Of a DNA stretch of 64,000 bases, positions 1 to 15,900 are shown in pieces. Each line of letters starts with the position of its first letter. The first letter of the stretch is position 1. Where the stretch lies: positions 352,346,001 through 352,410,000 of the forward strand of contig OZ024742.1 of NCBI GenBank assembly GCA_964016885.1. The letters are read 5' to 3'. The notes under the pieces were generated by a model. It was not told the DNA's origin. It saw only the letters and a list, made by a program, of their open reading frames with translations, and made no database searches. The position numbers and the translations under genes are program-made. The stretch is from Eledone cirrhosa. Lineage: Eukaryota.

Positions 1-2379
1 CATCAGCAACATAAACACCATCACCACCTTCAGCAACATAAACACCATCACCACCTTCATCAACATAAACACCATCACCACCATCAGCAAAATAACCACC
101 ATCACCACCTTCAGCAACATAACCACCATCACCACCTTCAGCAACATAAACACCATCACCACCTTCAGCAACATAACCACCATCACCACCTTCAGCAACA
201 GAAACACCATCACCACCATCAGCAACATAAACACCATCACCACCAGCAGCAACATAACCACCATCAGCACCTTCATCAACATAACCACCATCACCACCTT
301 CAGCAACATAAACACCATTACCATCTTCAGCAACAGAAACACCATCACCACCATCAGCAACATAAACCCCATCACCACTTTCAGCAACATAAACACCATC
401 ACCACCTTCAGCAACAGAAACACCATCACCACCTTCAGCAACATAAACATCATCACCACCTTCAGCAACATAAACACCATCACCACCTTCAGCAACATAC
501 ACACCATCACCACCTTCAGCAACATAACCACCATCACCACCTTCAGCAACAGAAACACCATCACCACCAATCAGCAACATAACCACCATCACCACCAGCA
601 GCAACATAACCACCATCACCACCTTCATCAACATAACCACCATCACCACCTTCAGCAACATAAACACCATTACCATCTTCAGCAACAGAAACACCATCAC
701 CACCATCAGCAACATAAACACCATCACCACCTTCAGCAACATAAACACCATCACCACCTTCAGCAACAGAAACACCATCACCACCTTCAGCAACATAAAC
801 ACCATCACCATCTTCAGCAACAGAAACACCATCACCATCATCATCAACATAAACACCATCACCACCTTCAGCAACATAAACACCATCACCACCTTCAGCA
901 ACATAAACACCATCACCACCTACAGCAACATAACCACAATCACCACCTTCAGCAACATAAATACCATCACCACCATCAGCAACATAAACACCATCACCAC
1001 CATCAGCAACAGAAACACCATCACCAACTTCAGCAACAGAAACACCATCACCAACATCAGCAACATAACCACCATCACCACCAGCAGCAATAGAAACACC
1101 ATCACCACCATCAGCAACAGAAACACCATCACCACCATTAGCAACAGAAACACCATCGCCACCAGCAGCAAATAACCACCATAACCACCTACAGCAACAT
1201 AACCACCATCACCACCATCAGCAACATAACCACCGTCACCACCTTCAGCAACATAACCACCGTCACCACCTTCAGCAACATAACCACCATCACCACCTTC
1301 AGCAACATAAACACCATCACCACCTTCAGCAACATAAACACCATCACCATCTACAGCAACATAACCACCAACACCACCATCAGCAACATAACCACCATCA
1401 CCACCATCAGCAACATAAACACCATCACCACCTACAGCAACATAACAACCATCACCACCATCAGCAACATAACCACCATCACCACCTTCAGCAACCTAAC
1501 CACCGTCACCACCTTCAGCAACATAACCACCGTCACCACCTTCAGCAACATAACCACCATCGCCAGCATCAGCAACATAAACACCATCACCACCTACAGC
1601 AACATAACCACCATCACCACCATCAGCAACAGAAACACCATCACCACCTTCAGCAACATAACCACCATCACCAGCATCAGCAACAGAAACACCATCACCA
1701 AATTCAGCAACATAAACACCATCACCACCATCAGCAACATAACCACCATCACCAACATCAGCAACATAAACACCATCACCACCTTCAGCAACATAAACAC
1801 CATCACCACCTTCATCAACATAAACACCATCACCACCATCAGCAAAATAACCACCATCACCACCTTCAGCAACATAACCACCATCACCACCTTCAGCAAC
1901 ATAAACACCATCACCACCTTCAGCAACATAACCACCATCACCACCTTCAGCAACAGAAACACCATCACCACCATCAGCAACATAACCACCATCACCACCA
2001 GCAGCAACATAACCACCATCACCACCTTCATCAACATAACCACCATCACCACCTTCAGCAACATAAACACCATTACCATCTTCAGCAACAGAAACACCAT
2101 CACCACCATCAGCAACATAAACCCCATCACCACTTTCAGCAACATAAACACCATCACCACCTTCAGCAACAGAAACACCATCACCACCTTCAGCAACATA
2201 AACACCATCACCATCTTCAGCAACAGAAACACCATCACCACCATCAGCAACATAAACATCATCACCACCTTCAGCAACATAAACACCATCACCACCTTCA
2301 GCAACATACACACCATCACCACCTTCAGCAACATAACCACCATCACCACCTTCAGCAACAGAAACACCATCACCACCAT

Positions 2380-5300
2380 CAGCAACATAACCACCATCAC
2401 CACCAGCAGCAACATAACCACCATCACCACCTTCATCAACATAACCACCATCACCACCTTCAGCAACATAAACACCATTACCATCTTCAGCAACAGAAAC
2501 ACCATCACCACCATCAGCAACATAAACACCATCACCACCTTCAGCAACATAAACACCATCACCACCTTCAGCAACAGAAACACCATCACCACCTTCAGCA
2601 ACATAAACACCATCACCATCTTCAGCAACAGAAACACCATCACCATCATCATCAACATAAACACCATCACCACCTTCAGCAACATAAACACAATCACCAT
2701 CTTCAGCAATAGAAACACTATCACCACCTTCAGCAACATAAACACAATCACCACCTTCAGCAACATAATCACCATCACCACCTTCAGCAACAGAAACACC
2801 ATCACCATCTTCAGCAACAGAAACACCATCACCACAATCAGCAACATAACCACCATCACCACCATCAGCAACATAAACACCATCACCATCTTCAGCAACA
2901 TAAACACCATCACCACCTTCAGCAACATAAACACCATCACCACCTTCAGCAACATAAACACCATCACCACCTTCAGCAACACAAACACCATCACCATCTT
3001 CAGCAACAGAAACACCATCACCACTATCAGCAACAGAAACACCATCACCAACATCAGCAACATAAACACCATCACCACCTTCAGCAACATAAACACCATC
3101 ACCACCATCAGCAACATAACCACCATCACCACCTTCAGCAACATAAACACCATCACCACCTACAGCAACATAAACACTATCACCACCATCAGCAACATAA
3201 ACACCATCACCACCTTCAGCAACATAAACACCATCACCACCATCAGCAACATAAATACCATCTCCACCTACAGCAACATAACCACCATCACCACCATCAG
3301 CAACATAACCACCATCACCACCTTCAGCAACATAAACACCATCACCAGCCTCAGCATCGTAACCACCGTCACCACCTTCAGCAACATAACAACAATCACC
3401 AGCCTCAGCAACATAACCACCATCACCACCATCAACAACAGAAACACCATCACCACCTTCAGCAACATAACCACCATCACCAGCATCAGCAACAGAAACA
3501 CCATCACCAATATCAGCAACATAAACACCATCACCACCTTCAGCAACATAACCACCATCACCACCATCAGCAACATAACCACCATCACCAACATCAGCAA
3601 CATAAACACCATCACCACCTTCAGCAACATAAACACCATCACCACCTTCAGCAACATAAACACCATCACCACCATCAGCAAAATAACCACCATCACCACC
3701 TTCAGCAACATAAACACCATCACCACCATCAGCAACATAACCACCATCACAACCATCAGCAACATAACCACCATCACCAACATCAGCAAGAGAAACACCA
3801 TCACCACCTACAGCAACATAAACACCATCACCAACTTCAGCAACATAACCACCATCACCACCGACAGCAACAGAAACACCATCACCACCTTCAGCAACAT
3901 AACCACCATCACCACCTACAGCAACATAACCACCATCACCACCTTCAGCAACATAAACACCATCACCACCTTCAGCAACATAAACACCATCACCACCTAC
4001 AGCAACAGGAACACCATCACCACCATCAGCAACACATACACCATCACCACCATCAGCAACAGTCACACCATCACCACCATCAGCAACATAAACACCATCA
4101 CCACCTACAGCAACATAACCACCATCACCACCTTCAGCAACAGAAACACCGTCACCACCTTCAGCAACAGAAACACCATCACCACCTACAGCAACAGAAA
4201 CACCATCACCATCATCAGCAACATAACCACCATCACCATCTTCAGTAACATAAACACCATCACCACCATCAGCACCAGAAACACCATCACCATCATCAGC
4301 AACATAAACACCATCACCACCATCTGCAACAGAAACACCATCACCACCTTCAGCAACATAAACACCATCACCACCTACAGCAATATTACCACCATCACCA
4401 ACATCAGCAACATAACCACCATCACCACCATCATCAACATAAACACCATCACCAACTTCAGCAACATAAACACCATCACCACCTTCAGCAACATAAACAC
4501 CATCACCACCTACAGCAACATAACCACCATCACCAACATCAGCAACATAACCACCATCACCACCATCAGCAACATAAACACCATCACCAACTTCAGCAAC
4601 ATAAACACCATCACCACCTTCAGCAACATAAACACCATCACCACCTTCAGCAACATAAACACCATCACCACCTACAGCAACATAACCACCATCACCACCT
4701 TCAGCAACATAAATACCATCACCACCATCAGCAACATAAACACCATCACCACCATCAGCAACAGAAACACCATCACCAACTTCAGCAACAGAAACACCAT
4801 CACCAACATCAGCAACATAACCACCATCACCACCAGCAGCAATAGAAACACCATCACCACCATCAGCAACAGAAACACCATCACCACCATTAGCAACAGA
4901 AACACCATCGCCACCAGCAGCAAATAACCACCATAACCACCTACAGCAACATAACCACCATCACCACCTTCAGCAACATTACCACCATCACCACCTTCAG
5001 CAACTTAATCACCATCACCACCTCCAGCAACATAACCACCATCACCACCTTCAGCAACAGAAACACCATCACCACTTTCAGCAACAAAACCACCATCACC
5101 ACCTTCAGCAACAGAAACACCATCACCACCTTCAGCAACATAACCACCATCACCACCTTCAGCAACACATACACCATCACCACCATCAGCAACAGACACA
5201 CCATCACCACCATCAGCAACATAAACACCATCACCACCTTCAACAACACATACACCATCACCACCTTCAGCAACATAACCACCTCAACACCTTCAGCAAC

Positions 5301-8300
5301 AGAAACACCATCACCACCATCACCACCTTCAGCAACAGAAACACCATCACCACCTTCAGCAACAGAAACACCTTCACCATCATCAGCAACAGAAACACCA
5401 TCACCACCATCAGCAACAGAAACACCATCACCATCATCAGCAACAGAAACACCATCACCACCTTCAGCAACACATACACCATCACCACCATCAGCAACAG
5501 AAACACCATCAACAACTTCAGCAACATTAACACCATCACCACCATCAGCAACTGAAACACCATCACCACCATCAGCAACATAAACACCATCACCACCATC
5601 AGCAACAGAAACACCATCACCACCTTCAGCAACATAAACACCATCACCACCATCAGCAACAGAAACACCATCACCACCATCAGCAACATAAACACCATCA
5701 CCACCTTCAGCAACAGAAACACCATCACCACCATCAGCAACAGAAACACCATCACCATCGTCAGCAACAAAAACACCTTCACCACCATCAGCAACAGAAA
5801 CACCATCACCACCTTCAGCAACAGAAACACAATCACCACCACAGCAACACAAACACGATCACCACGTTCAGTAACACAACCACCATCACCACCTTCAGCA
5901 ACAGAAACACCATCACCACATTCAGCAACAGAAAGTCCATCACCGCCATCAGCATAAGAAACACCTTCACCATCTTCAGCAACATAAACACCATCACCAC
6001 CTTCAGCAACAGAAACTCCATCACCACCATCAGCAACAGAAACACCATCACCACCTTCAGCAACATAACGACCCTCACCACCTTCAGCAACAGAAACACC
6101 ATCACCACCATCAGCAACATAACCACCATCACCACCTTCAGCAACAGAAACACCATCACCAACATCAGCAACAGAAACACCATCACCTCCATCAGCAACA
6201 TAACCACCATCACCACCAGCAGCAACATAACCACCATCACCACCTTCATCAACATAACCACCATCACCACCTTCAGCAACATAAACACCATTACCATCTT
6301 CAGCAACAGAAACACCATCACCACCATCAGCAACATAAACACCATCACCACCTTCAGCAACATAAACACCATCACCACCTTCAGCAACAGAAACACAATC
6401 ACCACCTTCAGCAACATAAACACCATCACCATCTTCAGCAACAGAAACACCATCACCATCATCATCAACATAAACACCATCACCACCTTCAGCAACATAA
6501 ACACAATCACCATCTTCAGCAATAGAAACACTATCACCACCTTCAGCAACATAAACACAATCACCACCTTCAGCAACATAATCACCATCACCACCTTCAG
6601 CAACAGAAACACCATCACCATCTTCAGCAACAGAAACACCATCACCACAATCAGCAACATAACCACCATCACCACCATCAGCAACATAAACACCATCACC
6701 ATCTTCAGCAACATAAACACCATCACCACCTTCAGCAACATAAACACCATCACCACCTTCAGCAACATAAACACCATCACCACCTTCAGCAACATAAACA
6801 CCATCACCATCTTCAGCAACAGAAACACCATCACCACTATCAGCAACAGAAACACCATCACCAACATCAGCAACATAAACACCATCACCACCTTCAGCAA
6901 CATAAACACCATCACCACCATCAGCAACATAACCACCATCACCACCTTCAGCAACATAAACACCATCACCACCATCAGCAACATAAATACCATCTCCACC
7001 TACAGCAACATAACCACCATCACCACCATCAGCAACATAACCACCATCACCACCTTCAGCAACATAAACACCATCACCAGCTTCAGCATCGTAACCACCG
7101 TCACCACCTTCAGCAACATAACAACAATCACCAGCCTCAGCAACATAACCACCATCACCACCATCAACAACAGAAACACCATCACCACCTTCAGCAACAT
7201 AACCACCATCACCAGCATCAGCAACAGAAACACCATCACCAATATCAGCAACATAAACACCATCACCACCTTCAGCAACATAACCACCATCACCACCATC
7301 AGCAACATAACCACCATCACCAACATCAGCAACATAAACACCATCACCACCTTCAGCAACATAAACACCATCACCACCTTCAGCAACATAAACACCATCA
7401 CCACCATCAGCAAAATAACCACCATCACCACCTTCAGCAACATAAACACCATCACCACCATCAGCAACATAACCACCATCACAACCATCAGCAACATAAG
7501 CACCATCACCAACATCAGCAAGAGAAACACCATCACCACCTACAGCAACATAAACACCATCACCACCTTCAGCAACATAACCACCATCACCACCGACAGC
7601 AACAGAAACACCATCACCACCTTCAGCAACATAACCACCATCACCACCTACAGCAACATAACCACCATCACCACCTTCAGCAACATAAACACCATCACCA
7701 CCTTCAGCAACATAAACACCATCACCACCTACAGCAACAGGAACACCATCACCACCATCAGCAACACATACACCATCACCACCATCAGCAACAGTCACAC
7801 CATCACCACCATCAGCAACATAAACACCATCACCACCTACAGCAACATAACCACCATCACCACCTTCAGCAACAGAAACACCGTCACCACCTTCAGCAAC
7901 AGAAACACCATCACCACCTACAGCAACAGAAACACCATCAACATCATCAGCAACATAACCACCATCACCATCTTCAGTAACATAAACACCATCACCACCA
8001 TCAGCACCAGAAACACCATCACCATCATCAGCAACATAAACACCATCACCACCATCTGCAACAGAAACACCATCACCACCTTCAGCAACATAAACACCAT
8101 CACCACCTACAGCAATATTACCACCATCACCAACATCAGCAACATAACCACCATCACCACCATCATCAACATAAACACCATCACCAACTTCAGCAACATA
8201 AACACCATCACCACCTTCAGCAACATAAACACCATCACCACCTACAGCAACATAACCACCATCACCAACATCAGCAACATAACCACCATCACCACCATCA

Positions 8301-9900
8301 GCAACATAAACACCATCACCAACTTCAGCAACATAAACACCATCACCACCTTCAGCAACATAAACACCATCACCACCTTCAGCAACATAAACACCATCAC
8401 CACCTACAGCAACATAACCACCATCACCACCTTCAGCAACATAAATACCATCACCACCATCAGCAACATAAACACCATCACCACCATCAGCAACAGAAAC
8501 ACCATCACCAACTTCAGCAACAGAAACACCATCACCAACATCAGCAACATAACCACCATCACCACCAGCAGCAATAGAAACACCATCACCACCATCAGCA
8601 ACAGAAACACCATCACCACCATTAGCAACAGAAACACCATCGCCACCAGCAGCAAATAACCACCATAACCACCTACAGCAACATAACCACCATCACCACC
8701 TTCAGCAACATTACCACCATCACCACCTTCAGCAACTTAATCACCATCACCACCTCCAGCAACATAACCACCATCACCACCTTCAGCAACAGAAACACCA
8801 TCACCACTTTCAGCAACAAAACCACCATCACCACCTTCAGCAACAGAAACACCATCACCACCTTCAGCAACATAACCACCATCACCACCTTCAGCAACAC
8901 ATACACCATCACCACCATCAGCAACAGACACACCATCACCACCATCAGCAACATAAACACCATCACCACCTTCAACAACACATACACCATCACCACCTTC
9001 AGCAACATAACCACCTCAACACCTTCAGCAACAGAAACACCATCACCACCATCACCAACAGAAACACCATCACCACCTTCAGCAACAGAAACACCATCAC
9101 CACCTTCAGCAACAGAAACACCTTCACCATCATCAGCAACAGAAACACCATCACCACCATCAGCAACAGAAACACCATCACCATCATCAGCAACAGAAAC
9201 ACCATCACCACCTTCAGCAACACATACACCATCACCACCATCAGCAACAGAAACACCATCAACAACTTCAGCAACATTAACACCATCACCACCATCAGCA
9301 ACTGAAACACCATCACCACCATCAGCAACATAAACACCATCACCACCATCAGCAACAGAAACACCATCACCACCTTCAGCAACATAAACACCATCACCAC
9401 CATCAGCAACATAAACACCATCACCACCATCAGCAACATAAACATCATCACCACCTTCAGCAACAGAAACACCATCACCACCATCAGCAACAGAAACACC
9501 ATCACCATCGTCAGCAACAAAAACACCTTCACCACCATCAGCAACAGAAACACCATCACCACCTTCAGCAACAGAAACACAATCACCACCACAGCAACAC
9601 AAACACGATCACCACGTTCAGTAACACAACCACCATCACCACCTTCAGCAACAGAAACACCATCACCACATTCAGCAACAGAAAGTCCATCACCGCCATC
9701 AGCATAAGAAACACCTTCACCATCTTCAGCAACATAAACACCATCACCACCTTCAGCAACAGAAACTCCATCACCACCATCAGCAACATAAACACCATCA
9801 CCACCTTCAGCAACATAACGACCCTCACCACCTTCAGCAACAGAAACACCATCACCACCATCAGCAACATAACCACCATCACCACCTTCAGCAACAGAAA
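2380..9900. repeat. Higher-order duplication in the satellite, offset ~3.73 kb (boundaries approximate)
   Basis: Near-identical ORF-track peptides at 3268/7000, 4186/7918, 4672/8404 and 4941/8673 (offset 3732). Rare monomer variants are shared. Confidence 0.85.
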
Positions 9901-12900
9901 CACCATCACCACCATCAGCAACAGAAACACCATCACCTCCATCAGCAACAGAAACACCATCACCACCTTCAGCAACAGAAACACCATCACCAGCTTCAGC
10001 AACATAAACACCATCACCGCCTACAGCAACAGCAACACCATCACCACCTTCAGCAACATAACCACCATCACCACCTTCAGCAACAGAAACACCATCACCA
10101 CCATCAGCAACATAAACACCATCACCACCATCAGCAACATAACCACCATCACCACCATCAGCAACAGAAACACCATCAACATCATCAGCAACACAAACAC
10201 CATCACCACCTACAGCAACATAACCACCATCACCACCTTCATCAACAGTCACACCATCACCACCATCAGCAACACATACACCATCACCACCATCAGCAAC
10301 AGACACACCATCACCGCCATCAGCAACATAAACACCATCACCACCTTCAACAACACATACACCATCACCACCTTCAGCAACATAAACACCATCAACACCT
10401 TCAGCAACAGAAACACCATCACCACCTTCAGCAACATAAACACCATCACCACCTTCAGCAACAGAAACACCATCACCACCATCAGCAAAATAACCACCAT
10501 CACCACCTTCAGCAACATAAACACCATCACCACCATCAGCAACATAACCACCATCACCACCTTCAGCAACATAACCACCATCACCAACATCAGCAAGAGA
10601 AACACCATCACCACCTACAGCAACATAAACACCATCACCACCTTGAGCAACATAACCACCATCACCACCTACAGCAACATAACCACCATCACCACCTTCA
10701 GCAACATAAACACCATCACCACCTTCAGCAAAATAAACACCATCACCGTTTTTCAGCAACAGAAAGACCATCACCACCATCAGCAACAGAAACACCATCA
10801 CCACATTCAGCAACAGAAACACCATCACCACCTACAGCAACAGAAACACCATCACCACCTACAGCAACATAATCACCGTCACCACCACCAGCAGCAGAAA
10901 CACCATCACCACATTCAGCAACAGAAACACCATCACCACCTTCAGCAACATAAACACCATCACCACCTTCAGCAACAGAAAACCATCACCACCTACAGCA
11001 ACATAACCACCATCACCACCTTCAGCAACATAAACACCATCACCACCATCAGCAACAGAAACACCACCACCACCATCACTAACACATACACCATCACCAC
11101 CTTCAGCAACAGAATCACCATCACCATCATCAGCAACATAAGCACAATCACCACCATCAGCAACATAACCACCATCACCACCTTCAGCAACATAAACACC
11201 ATTACCACCTTCAGCAACAGAAACACCATCACCACCATCAGCAACATAAGCACCATCACCACCATCAGCAACATAACCACCATCACCACCTTCAGCAACA
11301 TAAACACCATCACCACCTTCAGCAACATAAACACCATCACCACCTTCAGCAACAGAAACACCATCACCACCTTCAGCAACAGAAACACCATCACCACCAT
11401 CAGCAACATAAACACCATCACCACCTACAGCAACATAACCACCATCACCACCTTCAGCAACATAAACACAATCACCACCTTCAACAACATAAACACCATC
11501 ACCACCTTCAGCAACACAAACACCATCACCACATTCATCAACAGAAAGACCAACACCACCATCAGCAACAGAAACACCATCACCACATTCAGCAACAGAA
11601 ACACCATCACCACCTTCAGCAACATAAACACCATCACCACCTTCAGCAACAGAAACACCATAACCACCATCAGCAACATACCCACCATCACCACCTTCAG
11701 CAACATAAACACCATCACCACCTTCAGCAACAGAAACACCATCACCACCTTCAGCAACAGAAACACCATCACAACCATCAGCAACATAAACACCATCACC
11801 ACCTACAGCAACATAACCACCATCACCACCTTCAGCAACATAAACACCATCACCGCCTTCAGCAACATAAACACCATCACCACCTTCAGCAACACAAACA
11901 CCATCACCACCTTCAGCAACAGACATACCATCACCACCATCAGCAACAGAAACACCATCACCACATTCAGCAACAGAAACACCATCACCACCTACAGCAA
12001 CATAACCACCATCACCACCTTCAGCAACATAAGCACCATCACCAACATCAGCAACATAACCACCATCACCACCTTCAGCAACAAAAACGCCATCACCATC
12101 ATCAGCAACAGAAACACCATCACCACCTTCAGCAACACATACACCATCACCAACACCAGCAGCAGAAACACCATCACCACCTTCAGCAACAGAAACACCA
12201 TCACCACCTTCAGCAACAGAAACACCATCACCATCATCAGCAACAGAAACACCATCACCACCTACAGCAACATAACCACCATCACCACCACCAGCAACAT
12301 AAACACCATCACCAACTTCAGCAACAGAAACACCATCACCACCTTCAGCAACAGAAACACCATCACCATCATCAGCAACAGAAACACCATCACCACCTTC
12401 AGCAACAGAAACACCATCACCACCTTTAGCAACAGAAACACCATCATCACCATCAGCAACATAAACACCATCACCACCTTCAGCAACAGAAACACCATCA
12501 CCAACTTCAGCAACATAAACACCATCACCACCTTCAGCAACAGAAACACCATCACCAACTTCAGCAACATAAACACCATCACCACCTTCAGCAACATAAA
12601 CACCATCACCACCTTCAGCAACAGAAACTCCATCACCACCATCAGCAACAGAAACACCATCACCACCTTCAGCAACATAACGACCCTCACCACCTTCAGC
12701 AACATAACCACCATCACCACCTTCAGCAACAGAAACACCATCACCACCATCAGCAACAGAAACACCATCACCACCATCAGCAACAGAAACACCATCACCA
12801 CCTTCAGCAACATAAACACCATCACCACCTTCAGCAACTGAAACTCCATCACCACCATCAGCAACAGAAACACCATCACCACCTTCAGCAACATAACGAC

Positions 12901-15900
12901 CCTCACCACCTTCAGCAACAGAAACACCATCACCACCATCAGCAACATAAACACCATCACCACCATCAGCAACATAACCACCATCACCACCATCAGCAAC
13001 AGAAACACCATCAACATCATCAGCAACACAAACACCATCACCACCTACAGCAACATAACCACCATCACCACCTTCATCAACAGTCACACCATCACCACCA
13101 TCAGCAACACATGCACCATCACCACCATCAGCAACAGACACACCATCACCGCCATCAGCAACATAAACACCATCACCACCTTCAACAACACATACACCAT
13201 CACCACCTTCAGCAACATATCCACCTCAACACCTTCAGCAACAGAAACACCATCACCACCTTCAGCAACAGAAACACCATCACCACCTTCAGCAACAGAA
13301 ACACCATCACCACCATCAGCAAAATAACCACCATCACCACCTTCAGCAACATAAACACCATCACCACCATCAGCAACATAACCACCATCACAATCATCAG
13401 CAACATAACCACCATCACCAACATCAGCAACATAAACACCATCACCACCATCAGCAACATAACCACCATCACCACCTTCAGCAACATAAAAACCATCACC
13501 ACCTACAGCAACATAAACACTATCACCACCATCAGCAACATAAACACCATCACCACCTTCAGCAACATAAACACCATCACCACCATCAGCAACATAAACA
13601 CCATCTCCACCTACAGCAACATAACCACCATCACCACCATCAGCAACATAACCACCATCACCACCTTCAGCAACATAAACACCATCACCAGCTTCAGCAT
13701 CGTAACCACCGTCACCACCTTCAGCAACATAACAACAATCACCAGCCTCAGCAACATAACCACCATCACCACCATCAACAACAGAAACACCATCACCACC
13801 TTCAGCAACATAACCACCATCACCAGCATCAGCAACAGAAACACCATCACCAATATCAGCAACATAAACACCATCACCACCTTCAGCAACATAACCACCA
13901 TCACCACCATCAGCAACATAACCACCATCACCAACATCAGCAACATAAACACCATCACCACCTTCAGCAACATAAACACCATCACCACCTTCAGCAACAT
14001 AAACACCATCACCACCATCAGCAAAATAACCACCATCACCACCTTCAGCAACATAAACACCATCACCACCATCAGCAACATAACCACCATCACAACCATC
14101 AGCAACATAACCACCATCACCAACATCAGCAAGAGAAACACCATCACCACCTACAGCAACATAAACACCATCACCACCTTCAGCAACATAACCACCATCA
14201 CCACCTACAGCAACAGAAACACCATCACCACCTTCAGCAACATAACCACCATCACCACCTACAGCAACATAACCACCATCACCACCTTCAGCAACATAAA
14301 CACCATCACCACCTTCAGCAACATAAACACCATCACCACCTACACCAACAGGAACACCATCACCACCATCAGCAACACATACACCATCACCACCATCAGC
14401 AACAGTCACACCATCACCACCATCAGCAACATAAACACCATCACCACCTACAGCAACATAACCACCATCACCACCTTCAGCAACAGAAACACCGTCACCA
14501 CCTTCAGCAACAGAAACACCATCACCACCTACAGCAACAGAAACACCATCACCATCATCAGCAACATAACCACCATCACCATCTTCAGTAACATAAACAC
14601 CATCACCACCATCAGCACCAGAAACACCATCACCATCATCAGCAACATAAACACCATCACCACCATCTGCAACAGAAACACCATCACCACCTTCAGCAAC
14701 ATAAACACCATCACCACCTACAGCAAGATAACCACCATCACCAACATCAGCAACATAACCACCATCACCACCATCAGCAACATAAACACCATCACCAACT
14801 TCAGCAACATAAACACCATCACCACCTTCAGCAACATAAACACCATCACCACCTACAGCAACATAACCACCATCACCAACATCAGCAACATAACCACCAT
14901 CACCACCATCAGCAACATAAACACCATCACCAACTTCAGCAACATAAACACCATCACCACCTTCAGCAACATAAACACCATCACCACCTTCAGCAACATA
15001 AACACCATCACCACCTACAGCAACATAACCACCATCACCACCTTCAGCAACATAAATACCATCACCACCATCAGCAACATAAACACCATCACCACCATCA
15101 GCAACAGAAACACCATCACCAACTTCAGCAACAGAAACACCATCACCAACATCAGCAACATAACCACCATCACCACCAGCAGCAATAGAAACACCATCAC
15201 CACCATCAGCAACAGAAACACCATCACCACCATTAGCAACAGAAACACCATCGCCACCAGCAGCAAATAACCACCATAACCACCTACAGCAACATAACCA
15301 CCATCACCACCTTCAGCAACATTACCACCATCACCACCTTCAGCAACTTAATCACCATGACCACCTCCAGCAACATAACCACCATCACCACCTTCAGCAA
15401 CAGAAACACCATCACCACTTTCAGCAACATAACCACCATCACCACCTTCAGCAACAGAAACACCATCACCACCTTCAGCAACATAACCACCATCACCACC
15501 TTCAGCAACACATACACCATCACCACCATCAGCAACAGACACACCATCACCACCATCAGCAACATAAACACCATCACCACCTTCAACAACACATACACCA
15601 TCACCACCTTCAGCAACATAACCACCTCAACACCTTCAGCAACAGAAACACCATCACCACCATCACCAACAGAAACACCATCACCACCTTCAGCAACAGA
15701 AACACCATCACCACCTTCAGCAACAGAAACACCTTCACCATCATCAGCAACAGAAACACCATCACCACCATCAGGAACAGAAACACCATCACCATCATCA
15801 GCAACAGAAACACCATCACCACCTTCAGCAACACATACACCATCACCACCATCAGCAACAGAAACACCATCAACAACTTCAGCAACATTAACACCATCAC